NCBI GenBank assembly: GCA_963716785.1
Contig: CAVQUW010000006.1
Location: 7,810-71,809 of the forward strand
Origin: an uncultured delta proteobacterium
Lineage (GTDB): Bacteria > Desulfobacterota > Desulfobacteria > Desulfobacterales > SpSt-501
Direction: 5' to 3'
Length of the DNA stretch: 64,000 nt
Below the pieces are notes generated by a model. It saw nothing but the letters and a program-made list of their open reading frames with translations. It searched no databases and was not told the origin of the DNA. Below, in pieces: positions 11,522 through 21,808 of the stretch. The position numbers and the translations under genes are program-made. The first letter of the stretch is position 1. Each line of letters begins with the position of its first letter.

Positions 11522-13005
11522 TCATTGTTTGAGCTCCTCGATCACCCGCGCGGCGCCGGGGTGCAGGGGCACCGTCAGCCCCAACAAGGCATTGCCGGCC
11601 GAAATCTGAGCGGCCTGCACGCTGCCGAGCGCGACGAAGTCCTGCCCGCGCGAATATAAGGCCCGGGTGAGGCGCTCCACCTCGTTCCCGGTGAGGTCGG
11701 GATTGACGAGCAGCAGCGCAGCCACAGCGGCCGTCGGCGTGCGCTCCAGCTGCCCCTCTAAGTTCCGGCCGGCAAACTGTATCCGAAAACCCCCGGCGCC
11801 GCAACGGACAGGCGCTCCACCGCCGCCGCCTCCAGCGGAACGAACCGCAGCGGAAAAGCGGCTGCTGCCGAGCGCAGGCTGTCGGCGGGCGCCCCGATCA
11901 CCTGCAGGAAGGCATCGATCTGCCGGTCGCGCAACGCCAGCAGCGAATCGCTCAGGTTCAGCTCGGCCGCCTGCGCCAAATCGGCGGCGCGGATATCGTG
12001 GGCCGCGAGCACGGCCAGCGACGTGATGCGCGAGGCCGACCCCGGGACGCCGATCGAGACCCGCTTGCCGCGCAGATCGGCCATGGATCGGATTTCGCCG
12101 TCGGCCCGGGCCACGACATGCACCGGTTCCGGATAGAGGCTGCCCGCGGCGGAGATCTTGAGATCCGGCCCGCGGCCGGCAAAGGGCCCCGCGCCCGCGT
12201 AGGCCAGGTGCGCCACGTCCCCCTGGGCCAGGGCGAGCGACACCTTGCTGTCGCGCAGCAGCACCAGGTTCTCCTCGCCGCCGGCGGTCACCAGCGCCAA
12301 GATCCGCACGCGCCCGGTGGCGGAGGCGGCGGAGAAGGCCTTGGCCAGGCGCAGGTACTGCCCGTTTTCCGGTCCCGCCGCGACGGCGTATCCGCCGCTC
12401 AAACGCGCGAGCCGCCCGCGGATCGCCGTCTGGGCCTGGGAGAGCTCCTCTTCCGTGACTTCGAGGGCAACGGGCCTGACGTCGGGAGGCGTGGATTCGA
12501 GCACCGTGGCGATGGACTTGAACAACTGCTCGACCACGGGGCGTTGGGTGCGGGTGTCGAAAGCCGTGGCGGCCGCCGGCTCGAACCCCTCGGCGGCCAC
12601 CGGGGCCCAGCGTTCGCCGTCGCGCCGATAGATCGCCGTGCCGTGGGCGCGCAGGACGTCGCCCGCCTTATTGCCGCCGCTGGCGATGCCCACCAGCCCC
12701 TTCGGACCCGTGCCCAGGGCCGTCACCAAGCCGGCCACACCCGGCGACTCCCAGCCCCCGAAATCGTAATCCTTCACGAGCGCAAGATCGGCATCGAAAT
12801 AGATCAGGCAGCGTTCCTCACCCGCGGGGGCTTTGGCGTCCGATGCCGAACCGCGGCGGCTGAGCGAATCGATCTTCAAGACGCCTGCAGGTATGCTCTT
12901 TTCGAGACGCACTGCAACGTCCCGGCCCAGCGTTTCGGCGTCCGGCCCCTGGCTACAACCGGCGGCGATCAGCGCCACCGCCAACACGATCGTGCGCCAC
13001 ATCAT
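11522..13005 (-). CDS. TAXI-family TRAP solute-binding lipoprotein with long N-terminal extension, frameshift near 11759
   Basis: Lipobox IAAGC. TAXI motifs AAGPENGQY, TAGGEENL, LYPEPVHVVAR, DLRGKRVSIGVPGS, LPAGT(Y) and VPLHPGA. Restoring one base gives T-Y-E-G-Q and joins ORF 11522..11725. Confidence 0.8.
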
Positions 13006-14213
13006 CAGCCTCCCAGATAGCGCAGGGTCAGAAACCCTGTCAGAATGACGGCATTCGCGAGGTCGACGAAAAACGCGCCGGCGAGCGGCACGATCAGAAA
13101 CGAGGTCGGGGCCGGACCGTATTTCTCCGTCAACGCCTTCATGTTCGCCATCGCCGTGGCGGTGGACCCCATGCAGAACCCGATGAAGGCAGCCGACGCC
13201 ACCGAGGCCTCGTAATCCTTCCCCATGAAGGGAAAACAGGCCCAGACCGCATAGGCGGCGATGAAGACCCCCTGCAGCGCAACGAGGGCCAGGATCGGCC
13301 CGGCCGACCGGGCCACGTCGGCCAGATCGAGCGTCATCATCGTCATGACCAGGAAAAGCGACAGGCAGATGCCGGCAATCAGGTCCGAGGAGCGGTCTTC
13401 GAAACGCACCCCGCAGAAAGGCAGCAGGTTGCGCAGGGCTACCCCCAGGACCATGCACCACAGAAACTGCGGGATCATGATGGGCGCGCCTGCGAACCGG
13501 TCGGCCAACCAGCCGCCCGCGATCACCGCTACAAGAATTCCCGCCAGCGAGCCCAAGGTAACGACCGGACGGATGCTCGAGGCCGGCCGCCCCGGAGCTC
13601 GACTTTCCGTCTCGCCTTCCGCCCCCCGGCCGGCGCCGCCCGCGGCGCCCAGCTTGTTGCGCACGATCAGGAACTGGGCCACCGGCCCCCCCAGGATTCC
13701 ACCGAGGATCAGCCCGATCGTGGCCGCGGTCATGGTCAGCTCCAGCACCGACTGCAGGTTGTTCACGTCGGCGAATCTCTCGGCATATGCGGCACCGGTG
13801 CCGTGGCCGCCCACCAGGGTGATCGATCCCGCCAGGACGCCGAAAAGGGGGTGCAGGTCGAGGCCCCAGGCGCCGAGGATCCCGGCGAAGTTCTGCAGGA
13901 CGATGAATGGGATCAGGACGGCCAGGAAGACGGCCAGCGCCTTGCCGCCCTTTTTGAGCTGCCCCAGGTCCGCCGTCATGCCGGTGCCGGCGAAGAACAT
14001 CAGGAGCAAAAGCGGCTTGAGCGTGGTGTCGATCGACAGGCGGAAGCCGGCAAAGGCGGCGAGCAGCGAGGCGGCCGCCGCGAACAGCATCCCGCCCGTT
14101 ATCGGGTCGGGGATGTTGTAGTTCGACAGCAGCCGTACGCGACCGTTGACGAATGTGCCCAAGAGCAGCACGAGAATAGCCAGCAACAATGACATGACGG
14201 TGTTCAACGCCAT
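13005..14213 (-). CDS. gltS: Sodium/glutamate symporter (ESS family)
   Basis: YNIPDPITGG, GSITLVGGHGTGAAY, GFCMGSTATAMANM and FLIVPLAGAFFVD are GltS hallmarks. Confidence 0.9.
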   Translation of the reverse strand: MALNTVMSLLLAILVLLLGTFVNGRVRLLSNYNIPDPITGGMLFAAAASLLAAFAGFRLSIDTTLKPLLLLMFFAGTGMTADLGQLKKGGKALAVFLAVLIPFIVLQNFAGILGAWGLDLHPLFGVLAGSITLVGGHGTGAAYAERFADVNNLQSVLELTMTAATIGLILGGILGGPVAQFLIVRNKLGAAGGAGRGAEGETESRAPGRPASSIRPVVTLGSLAGILVAVIAGGWLADRFAGAPIMIPQFLWCMVLGVALRNLLPFCGVRFEDRSSDLIAGICLSLFLVMTMMTLDLADVARSAGPILALVALQGVFIAAYAVWACFPFMGKDYEASVASAAFIGFCMGSTATAMANMKALTEKYGPAPTSFLIVPLAGAFFVDLANAVILTGFLTLRYLGG

Positions 14214-14261
14214 AGTCCATCTCCGCCTGCGAAGAATTAAACTCGGATCAAGATGCTTTCT

Positions 14262-15961
14262 TCACCCGGCCAGCACCATCGCAAAATAGCCCCCGACCGT
14301 CAAGAGCACGCCGGAGACGGCGTAGGCCACCGGAAATCCGATCCAGGGCACCGAACTGTCGATCTCCTTGGCCGCCTCGCGGCAGGGCCCCGAATGCGAG
14401 CGGGCGCCGGCCACACCGCCCATCAGCACCGCGGGGTTGATCTTGAACACGTGAAAGCCGATGGCCCAGACCACGAACGGCGGCACGCTGCACGCGACGA
14501 ACCCGACGATGAAGATCTTGAGCGCGATCGGGCCGGTGATCTGCGCCAGGAGCGAGTTGCCGGCGTTGATGCCGACGATGCAGACGAAGACCACCAGCCC
14601 CAGGTCCTCGAGGATGTTGCGGGCCGCGTTCGGCGTGTTGCCGAAAAAACGCAGGCGCGACGGATCGAGGAGACGATCACCCCCGAGACGAGCAGCCCGC
14701 CGGCGTTGCCCAGGCCGACCTTGGAGCCGAAGGCGGGAAACTCGATCGCGCCGATCAGAAAGCCGAGGACCATGCCGACCGCCAGCGTCAGGAGGTCGGT
14801 GGCGGTGCTGGGCCGGGCGATCGCACCGAGCGTTTCGCCGAGCTTGGAGACGGCATCCTTCAGCCCGGCCACGAACAGCACGTCCATGCGCTCGAGTTTG
14901 GTATCGAGACTCGGTGGAAAGGGCACCCCGCCGCGTTCCATGCGCGTCACCTGGAGTTGCCCCGCGATCTCGGTCTGCTGGAACACTTTCAGCTCGCGCC
15001 CCACGACCTCTTTGTTGGTCACGAGGATCTCTGCCTGGTCGAGAGGGATGTTGAGTGCCTGGGGGTCATGCATTTCCGGCCCGATGAGCCCCATCTTGTC
15101 GGTCAGCGATTCGGTTTTGCCGCCGAGGGCGATCACGTCCCCGGTGACGAAGGCGAGGCCCGGGTCCGCGCCGAGCAGTTCTTTTCCGCGGCGCACATTG
15201 AGAATACGGTACTCCGGGTTCTCGCGGCGAAAGTCCTGGATGCTCTTCCCGACCCACTGCGCGTTCTCGAGCCGGTAGGCCCGCAGCCCGAACGGCCGGT
15301 AGCCGGTGATCCCGGCGTCGTCGGCACTTTTAACGCCGTGCTCGGCCTCGTATTGGCCGGCGGCGGTGCGGCCGTCCACCCCCCACCAGCGCGGCAGGTA
15401 CTTGCAGATCAGGATGATGCCCACCGTGCCCCAGATGTAGGAGATGCCGTAGGAAAGCGCGATCATCGAGGAGACCTGCTCGACGGAGCCGCCCTCGGCA
15501 AGCTTGAGCACCCCCTGGGTCACCGCCTGCTCGGAAGAGCCGATGGCGGCCGACATGGTCTGCGAACCCGCGAGCAACCCCCCCGCGGCCCCCTGCGGCA
15601 GGTCGAACATCCGGACGCCTAAAACGACGAGCACCAGGCCGATTGCGCAGGATACGAAAGCCAGGAAGGTGAACTTCAACCCGTCGCCCTTCAGGCTGTT
15701 GATGAAGGACGGCCCCACCCGCAGGCCCACGCCGTACATGAAGAGGTAGTAGAACAGGCTCTTGGCGAAGTTGTCGAGCGCGAGTTTGACCCCGTAGGTC
15801 GAGGCCCAGACCGAGAGCGCGCAGCCGACCACGATGGAGGCCGCCACCATGCCCAGTCCGTAGCCCTTGACCGCAAAGCGGCCGATCCAGACCGCGAGCC
15901 CCACCGTCACGAACAGCAGGATGAAAGGGTTCGCCGCCAGAAACTTGAATATCGCTTCCAT
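14262..15961 (-). CDS. AspT/YidE/YbjL-family amino acid antiporter with TrkA-C domains, frameshift near 14660
   Basis: FMYGVGLRVGPSF, GLLAGSQTMSAAIG, two central TrkA-C-like repeats, LGNAGGLLVSG and GFPVAYAVSGVLLT. Confidence 0.85.
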
Positions 15962-15989
15962 CGGATTGCCTCCTTGAGCTGTCGGGTGT

Positions 15990-18783
15990 TTACCTGCCCT
16001 TGCGCTTGCCTTTCGCCGCGGCCGGTTTGACCGCCCCCGGCTTTTCGCCCAGGGCTGCCGGGCGGATGAGCTTGAGGCCCAGGCCGGCGTCGTAGCCGTG
16101 GATCTCCTTCACGTCGAGCTTGCGCATGAACTCGATGGTGTCGGCTTTGATCACCTGGCCGGGCACCATGATCGGGAAGCCCGGCGGGTAGGGGATCACG
16201 AAGTTGGCCGAGACCAGCGGCGGCCCGGTCTTGAGCCGCTCGTCGATCTCCGGGCTCGACGAGCTGCAGGTGCTCGCAGTCCTCCTCGTCGTAGGCCATG
16301 AAGAAGGCCGTGCGCATGTCGCCCTCGAGGGTCGCGCCCTTCGGGTCGTCGCGGAACCGGTCGTGGAAGCGGCTGAAGTTCGGCAGGTCGGGCACGTCCT
16401 CCATCAGCGACTTGACGCGCGCCGCGAAAGCGCTCCGCGCTTCCTCGCCGCCCTCTGCGAGCCGCGCCTCGATCCCCTTGGAAATTTCGACCAGCACCTC
16501 GCAGCAGGTTGGCGACGTCGCTGCGGGTGTTGTTGATGTTGGTCTGCAGCAGGATGCGAGTTGCGCGAGGTCTTGTTGAGCTGGATCTCGTACTCGGCGG
16601 CCAGCAGGTTCTTGAACTGCGTGCCGTCGAAGCCGGCCGTGCCGCAGACCAGCGTCAGGCGCGTCGGGTCCAGCACGAACTCGTCCTCGCGGAAGGCCTT
16701 GAGCGTGCCCGCCCAGGTCATGCCCGGCTCCAGGAAGTCCTTGAAGCCCGACTGCCGGAACTCGGCCGGGATCATCTCCTCGGCCGTGAGGACCCGGAAG
16801 TATTTCGAGATCAGCGGATGGCTGTTCACGCCGCGGCGGATCTCGATCGCCAGCTCGATGGCGCGCATCACCAGATCGTAGCCCTCCAGTTCCATCTGCC
16901 GCCGGGCGACGTCGAGCGAGGCGATGATCTGCAGGTTGGGCGAGGTCGAGGCGTGGGTGAACACCGCCTCGTTGAACGGCTGCTCGTGCATGGAGGTAGT
17001 CCTCGTCGCCCACCAGCGACCATCGACCCCTGGCGCAGGGAGGACATCGACTTGTGCGTCGAGTTGGTCTGGTAGACGCGCAGCTTGGCCTTGCGCGGGT
17101 CCGGCACGAGCCGCGTCTCGAGCAGGCGCTTGTCCTTCGGGTCGAGGTCTTCGCCGAGCTTCTTTTCCTGGTCGAGGTAGCGTTCGAGGTAGGCCGGGTC
17201 GGCGAAGGCCTGCTTCAAGATTGGCGCGCGCGCCCATGGCCGTGCGCGGGCGGTAGAGCCAGGAGAAACGCGCGAAGCCGAACCAGGCCTCGTCCCAGAG
17301 GAAGACCAGGTCCGGCTTGATCGCCAGGCACTCCTCCATCACGCGCCGCGTGTCGTACATGTGCCCGTCGAAGGTGACGTTGGTGAGCGCCAGCATGCGC
17401 ACGCGGTCGAGCCGCCCGTCGGCCTTCAGATCGAGCAGCGCCTTCTTGATGCGTGCGCAGCGGGACGCTGCCGTACATCGAGTACGCTGTCAGCGGGAAG
17501 GCTTCGACGTAATAGGGCTGGGCCCCGGCCAACACCATGCCGTAGTGGTGGGACTTGTGGCAGTTGCGGTCGACGATGACGATGTCGCCCGGCCGGCAAA
17601 GGGCCTGGTAGACCATCTTGTTGGAGGTCGAGGTGCCGTTGGTGACGAAGAACACGTGGTCGGCGCCGAAGGCGCGCGCGGCGGCGTCCTGGGCCTTCTT
17701 GATGTTGCCGGTGGGCTCGAGCAGGCTGTCGAGCCCGCCGGTGGTGGCCGAGGACTCCGCCAGAAAGAGGGTCGGGCCGTAGAACTCGCCCATGTCGCGG
17801 ATCCAGTCCGACTTGAAGATGGACTTGCCGCGCGCAATCGGCAGGGCGTGAAAGGTGCCGACCGGCTTCTGTGCGTATTTCTTGAGGTTGTCGAAGAAGG
17901 GCGTCTCGTAGCGCTCGGCCACCCCGGCCAGGATCGACAGGTGCAGTTCGAGAGGTTCTTCGACCTCGTAGAACACGCGACGCAGCCCGGCCGCCGCCGG
18001 GTCGGAGACGATGTCCTCGGGCCGGCTGTCGTCGAGCAGGAAGACGTCGAGCTCGGGCCGGATGGCCTTGATGGCCCGGGTCAGCATCAGGCCGTAATCC
18101 CCCGGCGGAAGGCTCTGCGGGTCGACCTGCAGCCACTGGGCCAACACGCCGCGCAAGAGCGGTGCGTCGTGCGCGGAGGGGTACGGGAAGCCTTCGTAAA
18201 TCACCACCGACTGCAGGCCCGCGTTCAGGATCACGCCCAGGATGGCATCTTCGAAGTTGCCGACGAACACGGGCTCGTAGACGAACTCGTCCTGGGCCCG
18301 GCGCAGCTTGCGCATCTGCTGCACGTGTGCCGGCCAGCGCGACGGCGGCGTCGGCACGACCATCAGCACCTCGAAGTAGGGTCGGCCGCCGGCCTCGCCC
18401 GCCGCCGGGGGCATCGGCCGCACCGCATCGGAAACATCCTCCTCGGGTTCCCACTCGCCCGGGTCGCGGCGGTAGCTGCGCGACATGAGCGCCATCGAGA
18501 CGCGCTGCACCAGCCGCGCCAAGCCCGCGGCGTCATCCACGGTCAGGCGCTCCCGCAAAACCGCAAGCAGGCGCGCGCCCGGGTATGCATGGAACCCTTC
18601 GAGCGGGGTCAGCTCTTCCAGCGCGGAAGCGCACTGGGACCGGAGCGCCGGGGCGTCCGGGGTCCCGATCCTGGCGGCCCAGACCTGCGCGGTCTTGTTC
18701 AACACGCGCCAGCGGTCTGATCGCGCCGCCACGGTCGAGAAAAAATGATCGATCTGTAATCCGGGAGTGGTTTTCGCAGCCAT
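15990..18783 (-). CDS. Orn/Lys/Arg decarboxylase family PLP enzyme, long form with N-terminal extension; several frameshifts
   Basis: FFVTNGTSTSNK, IVDRNCHKSHH, WDEAWFGF, STHKS (PLP lysine), HASTSPN, LDPTRLT and IPYPPGFP, spread over overlapping ORFs 17215..18783, 16404..17402, 16868..17218, 15907..17013 and 15990..16199. Confidence 0.88.
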
Positions 18784-18826
18784 GGGGTTCTCCTCATGAT
18801 TGGGTGTGGTACTACTCAGGTGTTTA

Positions 18827-18854
18827 GGCTGAAGGCTGAAGGCTGAAGGCTAAA
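18827..18854 (+). repeat. Heptamer tandem repeat (GGCTGAA)x3 + GGCTAAA
   Basis: Seen directly. The same unit occurs at 55909-56005. Confidence 0.8.
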
Positions 18855-18929
18855 AAACATATCGCGCTGAACGAATAAAGCCATTCAATTCAAAACCTTC
18901 TCCGTTTCTACGACCTTGAGCACGACCGG

Positions 18930-19400
18930 TCATTCGTCTGCATCGATCGGCCGATCACGGCTCGTCCCGCTCTTTTCGTGCCGCGCCCGATGCTCACGCG
19001 CTTCACACCGGTGGTGGATCGCGCAGCGGATCAGGTCCATCAGGGCTTGATCCATAAATGGCTTTCGCAGGAAACCGGCGGCTCCGGCCTTCAAGGCCGA
19101 TTCCTCGACACCCTCCTCCTCGTAGGCCGTCATGAAGATGACCGGCAGGTCCGATCCGATCCGGACCATGTGGCCCTGGACCTCCAGCCCGCTCATGCCC
19201 GGCATCTTCAAGTCGATCACGGCGCAGTCAGCTTCGGGCGACCGGCCCAGGGCCGACAGGAACTCCTCGCCGGATGAGAACGTCCGGACACGCATGCCCC
19301 AGGAATTCAGCAGGCGCTTCAGCCCCCGGGTCACGGACGGATCATCGTCGACGACGCTAATCATTGGCGGGGTATTCGTCAATCGGCGGCACCTGCGCAT
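18930..19400 (-). CDS. Single-domain response regulator (receiver only)
   Basis: ISVVDDD, DLKMPGMSG, PVIFMTA and FLRKPF. Start is uncertain (19364-19400). Confidence 0.88.
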   Translation of the reverse strand: MRRCRRLTNTPPMISVVDDDPSVTRGLKRLLNSWGMRVRTFSSGEEFLSALGRSPEADCAVIDLKMPGMSGLEVQGHMVRIGSDLPVIFMTAYEEEGVEESALKAGAAGFLRKPFMDQALMDLIRCAIHHRCEAREHRARHEKSGTSRDRPIDADE

Positions 19401-19518
19401 CGGGCATCGAGCCAGACGATTGCATCCTTATTTCACCGGAAAATCACTCCACCGGCGCTTCACCGATAGAGGGGGGCTTTTGGTCATCCCACTATCAGAA
19501 AACCCCGGCCGCTCGCAA

Positions 19519-19534
19519 TAAGACCTTGGTCCTA
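19519..19534. promoter_or_regulatory. Palindromic regulator site TAAGACCTTGGTCCTA
   Basis: Matches 21742-21757 at 15/16 and lies upstream of the receiver/decarboxylase unit. Confidence 0.65.
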
Positions 19535-19588
19535 TGATGGGTGAGAAGGATTGATTCATCATTGAGCCATCGTTGATTGGCCAGCCTT

Positions 19589-20671
19589 TCATGGCCCTTG
19601 CAGGTCGGGCGACTCGATTTCAGCGATTTCCTCATCGACCCATGCCGAGAGAAGCTTGTGGGCTACGGCGAGCACGACCGGACCCACGAAGATGCCGATG
19701 AGGCCGAAGGCGATCAGCCCGCCGACCACACCGACGAAAATGAGCAGCAAGGGAAGATCGGCGCCCTTCCTGATCAGGATCGGGCGTAGGAAGTTGTCCA
19801 TGGTTCCGACCACCAGGGTCCAGAACAGCAGAAACGTCCCCCAACCGGTCTGGCCGCTCCAATATAGCCAGGCCACCGAGGGTACCAGCACGAGCAGGGG
19901 GCCGATCTGGGCGATCGCCAGCATGAACATCGCGGCGGTGAAAATTCCGGCAAATGGAACGCCGGCGACAAGCAGCCCGATACCGCCCAGAATCGATTGG
20001 GCCAGGGCCGTCACCACGATGCCGAGCGCGACCCCGCGCACGGCCTGCCCGGCCAAGCGGATGGAGCCCTCCCCGCGCGCGCCGGCCAGCCGCCGCCCGA
20101 AGCGGTTGATCCAGGAGGCCGCTTGCTCGCCCCGGGCGTAAAGCATCGCCGCGAAGCCTACCGTCATCAGGAATTGCAGGACCAGAAACCCGAAACCACC
20201 CACTTCCGTGGCAAACCACCCGATGGCTTTACCGCCGTATGGGGCCAGTTTTTTAAGAAAATCCTGAATCCCCGCCACCGCGACCTTCTCCCATGCCGCC
20301 ACCAGATCGCCACCGAAGAACGGCAGACCCGCGAGCCACGCCGGGGGCGGCGGGACTTCGAGGGTCGGCACCGATTTCACCCAGACGGCGATCCGGTCGG
20401 CGTTCGACACGATGGTGCCGATGGCCAGCCACAGAGGCACCACCAGGAACCAGAGCAGGGCCACCGTCATCACCGCCACCGCAAGCGACCGGCGGCCCCA
20501 AAGCCGGCCCTGGATGGCAGTCATCAACGGCCAGGTCGCGATCACGATCATCACCGCCCAGACCGCGGCTCCCAGGAAGGGCCGCAGGACCCAGAGGGAC
20601 GTCGCGATCAGTGCCCCGATAAAGAGCACCGCCAGAAAGGTGCGGGTGAGGTCGCGCTGAATATCGGCCAT
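19589..20671 (-). CDS. ydiK: AI-2E family transporter YdiK
   Basis: DLTRTFLAVLFI, IATWP, VRGVALGIVVTALAQ, DNFLRPILIRKGADLP and GLIGIFVGPV. Confidence 0.85.
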   Translation of the reverse strand: MADIQRDLTRTFLAVLFIGALIATSLWVLRPFLGAAVWAVMIVIATWPLMTAIQGRLWGRRSLAVAVMTVALLWFLVVPLWLAIGTIVSNADRIAVWVKSVPTLEVPPPPAWLAGLPFFGGDLVAAWEKVAVAGIQDFLKKLAPYGGKAIGWFATEVGGFGFLVLQFLMTVGFAAMLYARGEQAASWINRFGRRLAGARGEGSIRLAGQAVRGVALGIVVTALAQSILGGIGLLVAGVPFAGIFTAAMFMLAIAQIGPLLVLVPSVAWLYWSGQTGWGTFLLFWTLVVGTMDNFLRPILIRKGADLPLLLIFVGVVGGLIAFGLIGIFVGPVVLAVAHKLLSAWVDEEIAEIESPDLQGP

Positions 20672-20685
20672 GGGGATCCCCCGGT

Positions 20686-21510
20686 CTATTTCATCTGCGG
20701 CAGCCAGGCCGGCTTGACGAACCATTTCACTTTCAGCTCATCCATGTATCCGGCCTTCTCCAGGCCGCTCAGGAAGTTCCCCAGCCAGTTGAGCAGGTGC
20801 GGGTCGCCCTTGGGCACGGCGATCCCGATGGGCTCATAGGTGATCGGGGCCGAAACGGACACCAGGCCCGCCGCCGGGTTGCGGAGCACCGCGACGGCGC
20901 AGATGGGGAAATCGGCGAACATGGCATCGGCCCGGCCGTCGACCACGATTTGAATGGCCTCGTTCTGGGTGGCGGCCGTGAGCACCTTCGCCTGGGGCGC
21001 GCCCTTGCGGATCACCGCTTCGCTGGTGGAGTCCTTCAGGACGACGAAGGTGAATTGCGGGCTGTTGAGGTCGAAAACCCCCTTGGCCTGGGCGAGGCTG
21101 CTGCGCTTGGTGAGAAGCGCCTTGCCCGAAGTGAAGTATGGCCCCACGAACGCCACCTTCAGGTTGCGCTCCGGGGTCATGGTCATGTTGGAGACGATCA
21201 TGTCGATGCGGCCGGCATCGAGGGCCGGCAGCAGACCCCCGAAATCGATCCGCTGCAGATTCAGCTTGACACCCATGGCCTCGGCGACCATCTGGGCCAC
21301 ATCGACATCCATGCCGATGATTTTATCGTCTTTGGTGAGAAGGTTCATGGGCGGCATGTCTCCGGAAACACCCACGCGGAGCTCGCCCCGCGCGATGATC
21401 TGGTCCATGACCGGCGATGAAGACGCTTTCACCGTCTGGCCCATCTCGGCGCACCCCGCCAAAAGGCAGGCCACCATCAACACGATCAGAATTTTCTTTG
21501 CTTCTTTCAC
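20686..21510 (-). CDS. Amino-acid-binding periplasmic lipoprotein (SBP family 3), orphan
   Basis: GTG at 21510 with GAGGAG RBS, lipobox LLAGC, GELRVGV, GMDVD, MTMTPER and EPIGIAVPKGD. Confidence 0.85.
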   Translation of the reverse strand: MKEAKKILIVLMVACLLAGCAEMGQTVKASSSPVMDQIIARGELRVGVSGDMPPMNLLTKDDKIIGMDVDVAQMVAEAMGVKLNLQRIDFGGLLPALDAGRIDMIVSNMTMTPERNLKVAFVGPYFTSGKALLTKRSSLAQAKGVFDLNSPQFTFVVLKDSTSEAVIRKGAPQAKVLTAATQNEAIQIVVDGRADAMFADFPICAVAVLRNPAAGLVSVSAPITYEPIGIAVPKGDPHLLNWLGNFLSGLEKAGYMDELKVKWFVKPAWLPQMK

Positions 21511-21740
21511 GGCTTTTCTCCTCTTTTTGAAATCGAAATCCTGTCCTCCTGCCGGCAATGTCACTTCGGGGCGCCGGCGCTGTCCAAGAACAACTTGATT
21601 CTTTCCGCCCAGAACTTGAAGGCCTCTTCGGTAAACTGAAAACGTCTGGGTGCCGGTGGGATCGAAAATGGCCGGCGAGCCGCCCCGACTTCCCCCTGCC
21701 CTTCTGGTGATGGCCATAACAGGCGGGCGGCTGATTATAA

Positions 21741-21758
21741 ATAGGACCTTGGTCCTAT
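21741..21758. promoter_or_regulatory. Palindrome ATAGGACC-TT-GGTCCTAT with perfect 8-bp arms (putative response-regulator site)
   Basis: 8-bp inverted arms in an AT-rich patch upstream of the SBP gene. Confidence 0.7.
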
Positions 21759-21808
21759 ATTCCAGCAGTGAGGGCCATGCGGCATGCTCAAGCTGCGGCC
21801 GGGCGCGG

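Noticed and set aside
11758-11760. TAG in the TAXI gene as pyrrolysine or readthrough
   Set aside because: The downstream homologous sequence is in another frame, and one missing base restores TAC-GAG (Y-E).
11758-14220. 820-aa ORF as one large protein
   Set aside because: The first ~405 codons are an alternate frame of gltS; the real start is the lipoprotein signal at 13005.
18827-18854. Short repeats here and at 50615 and 55909 as CRISPR arrays
   Set aside because: The units are 7-8 bp, contiguous and spacer-less, and no cas genes are present.
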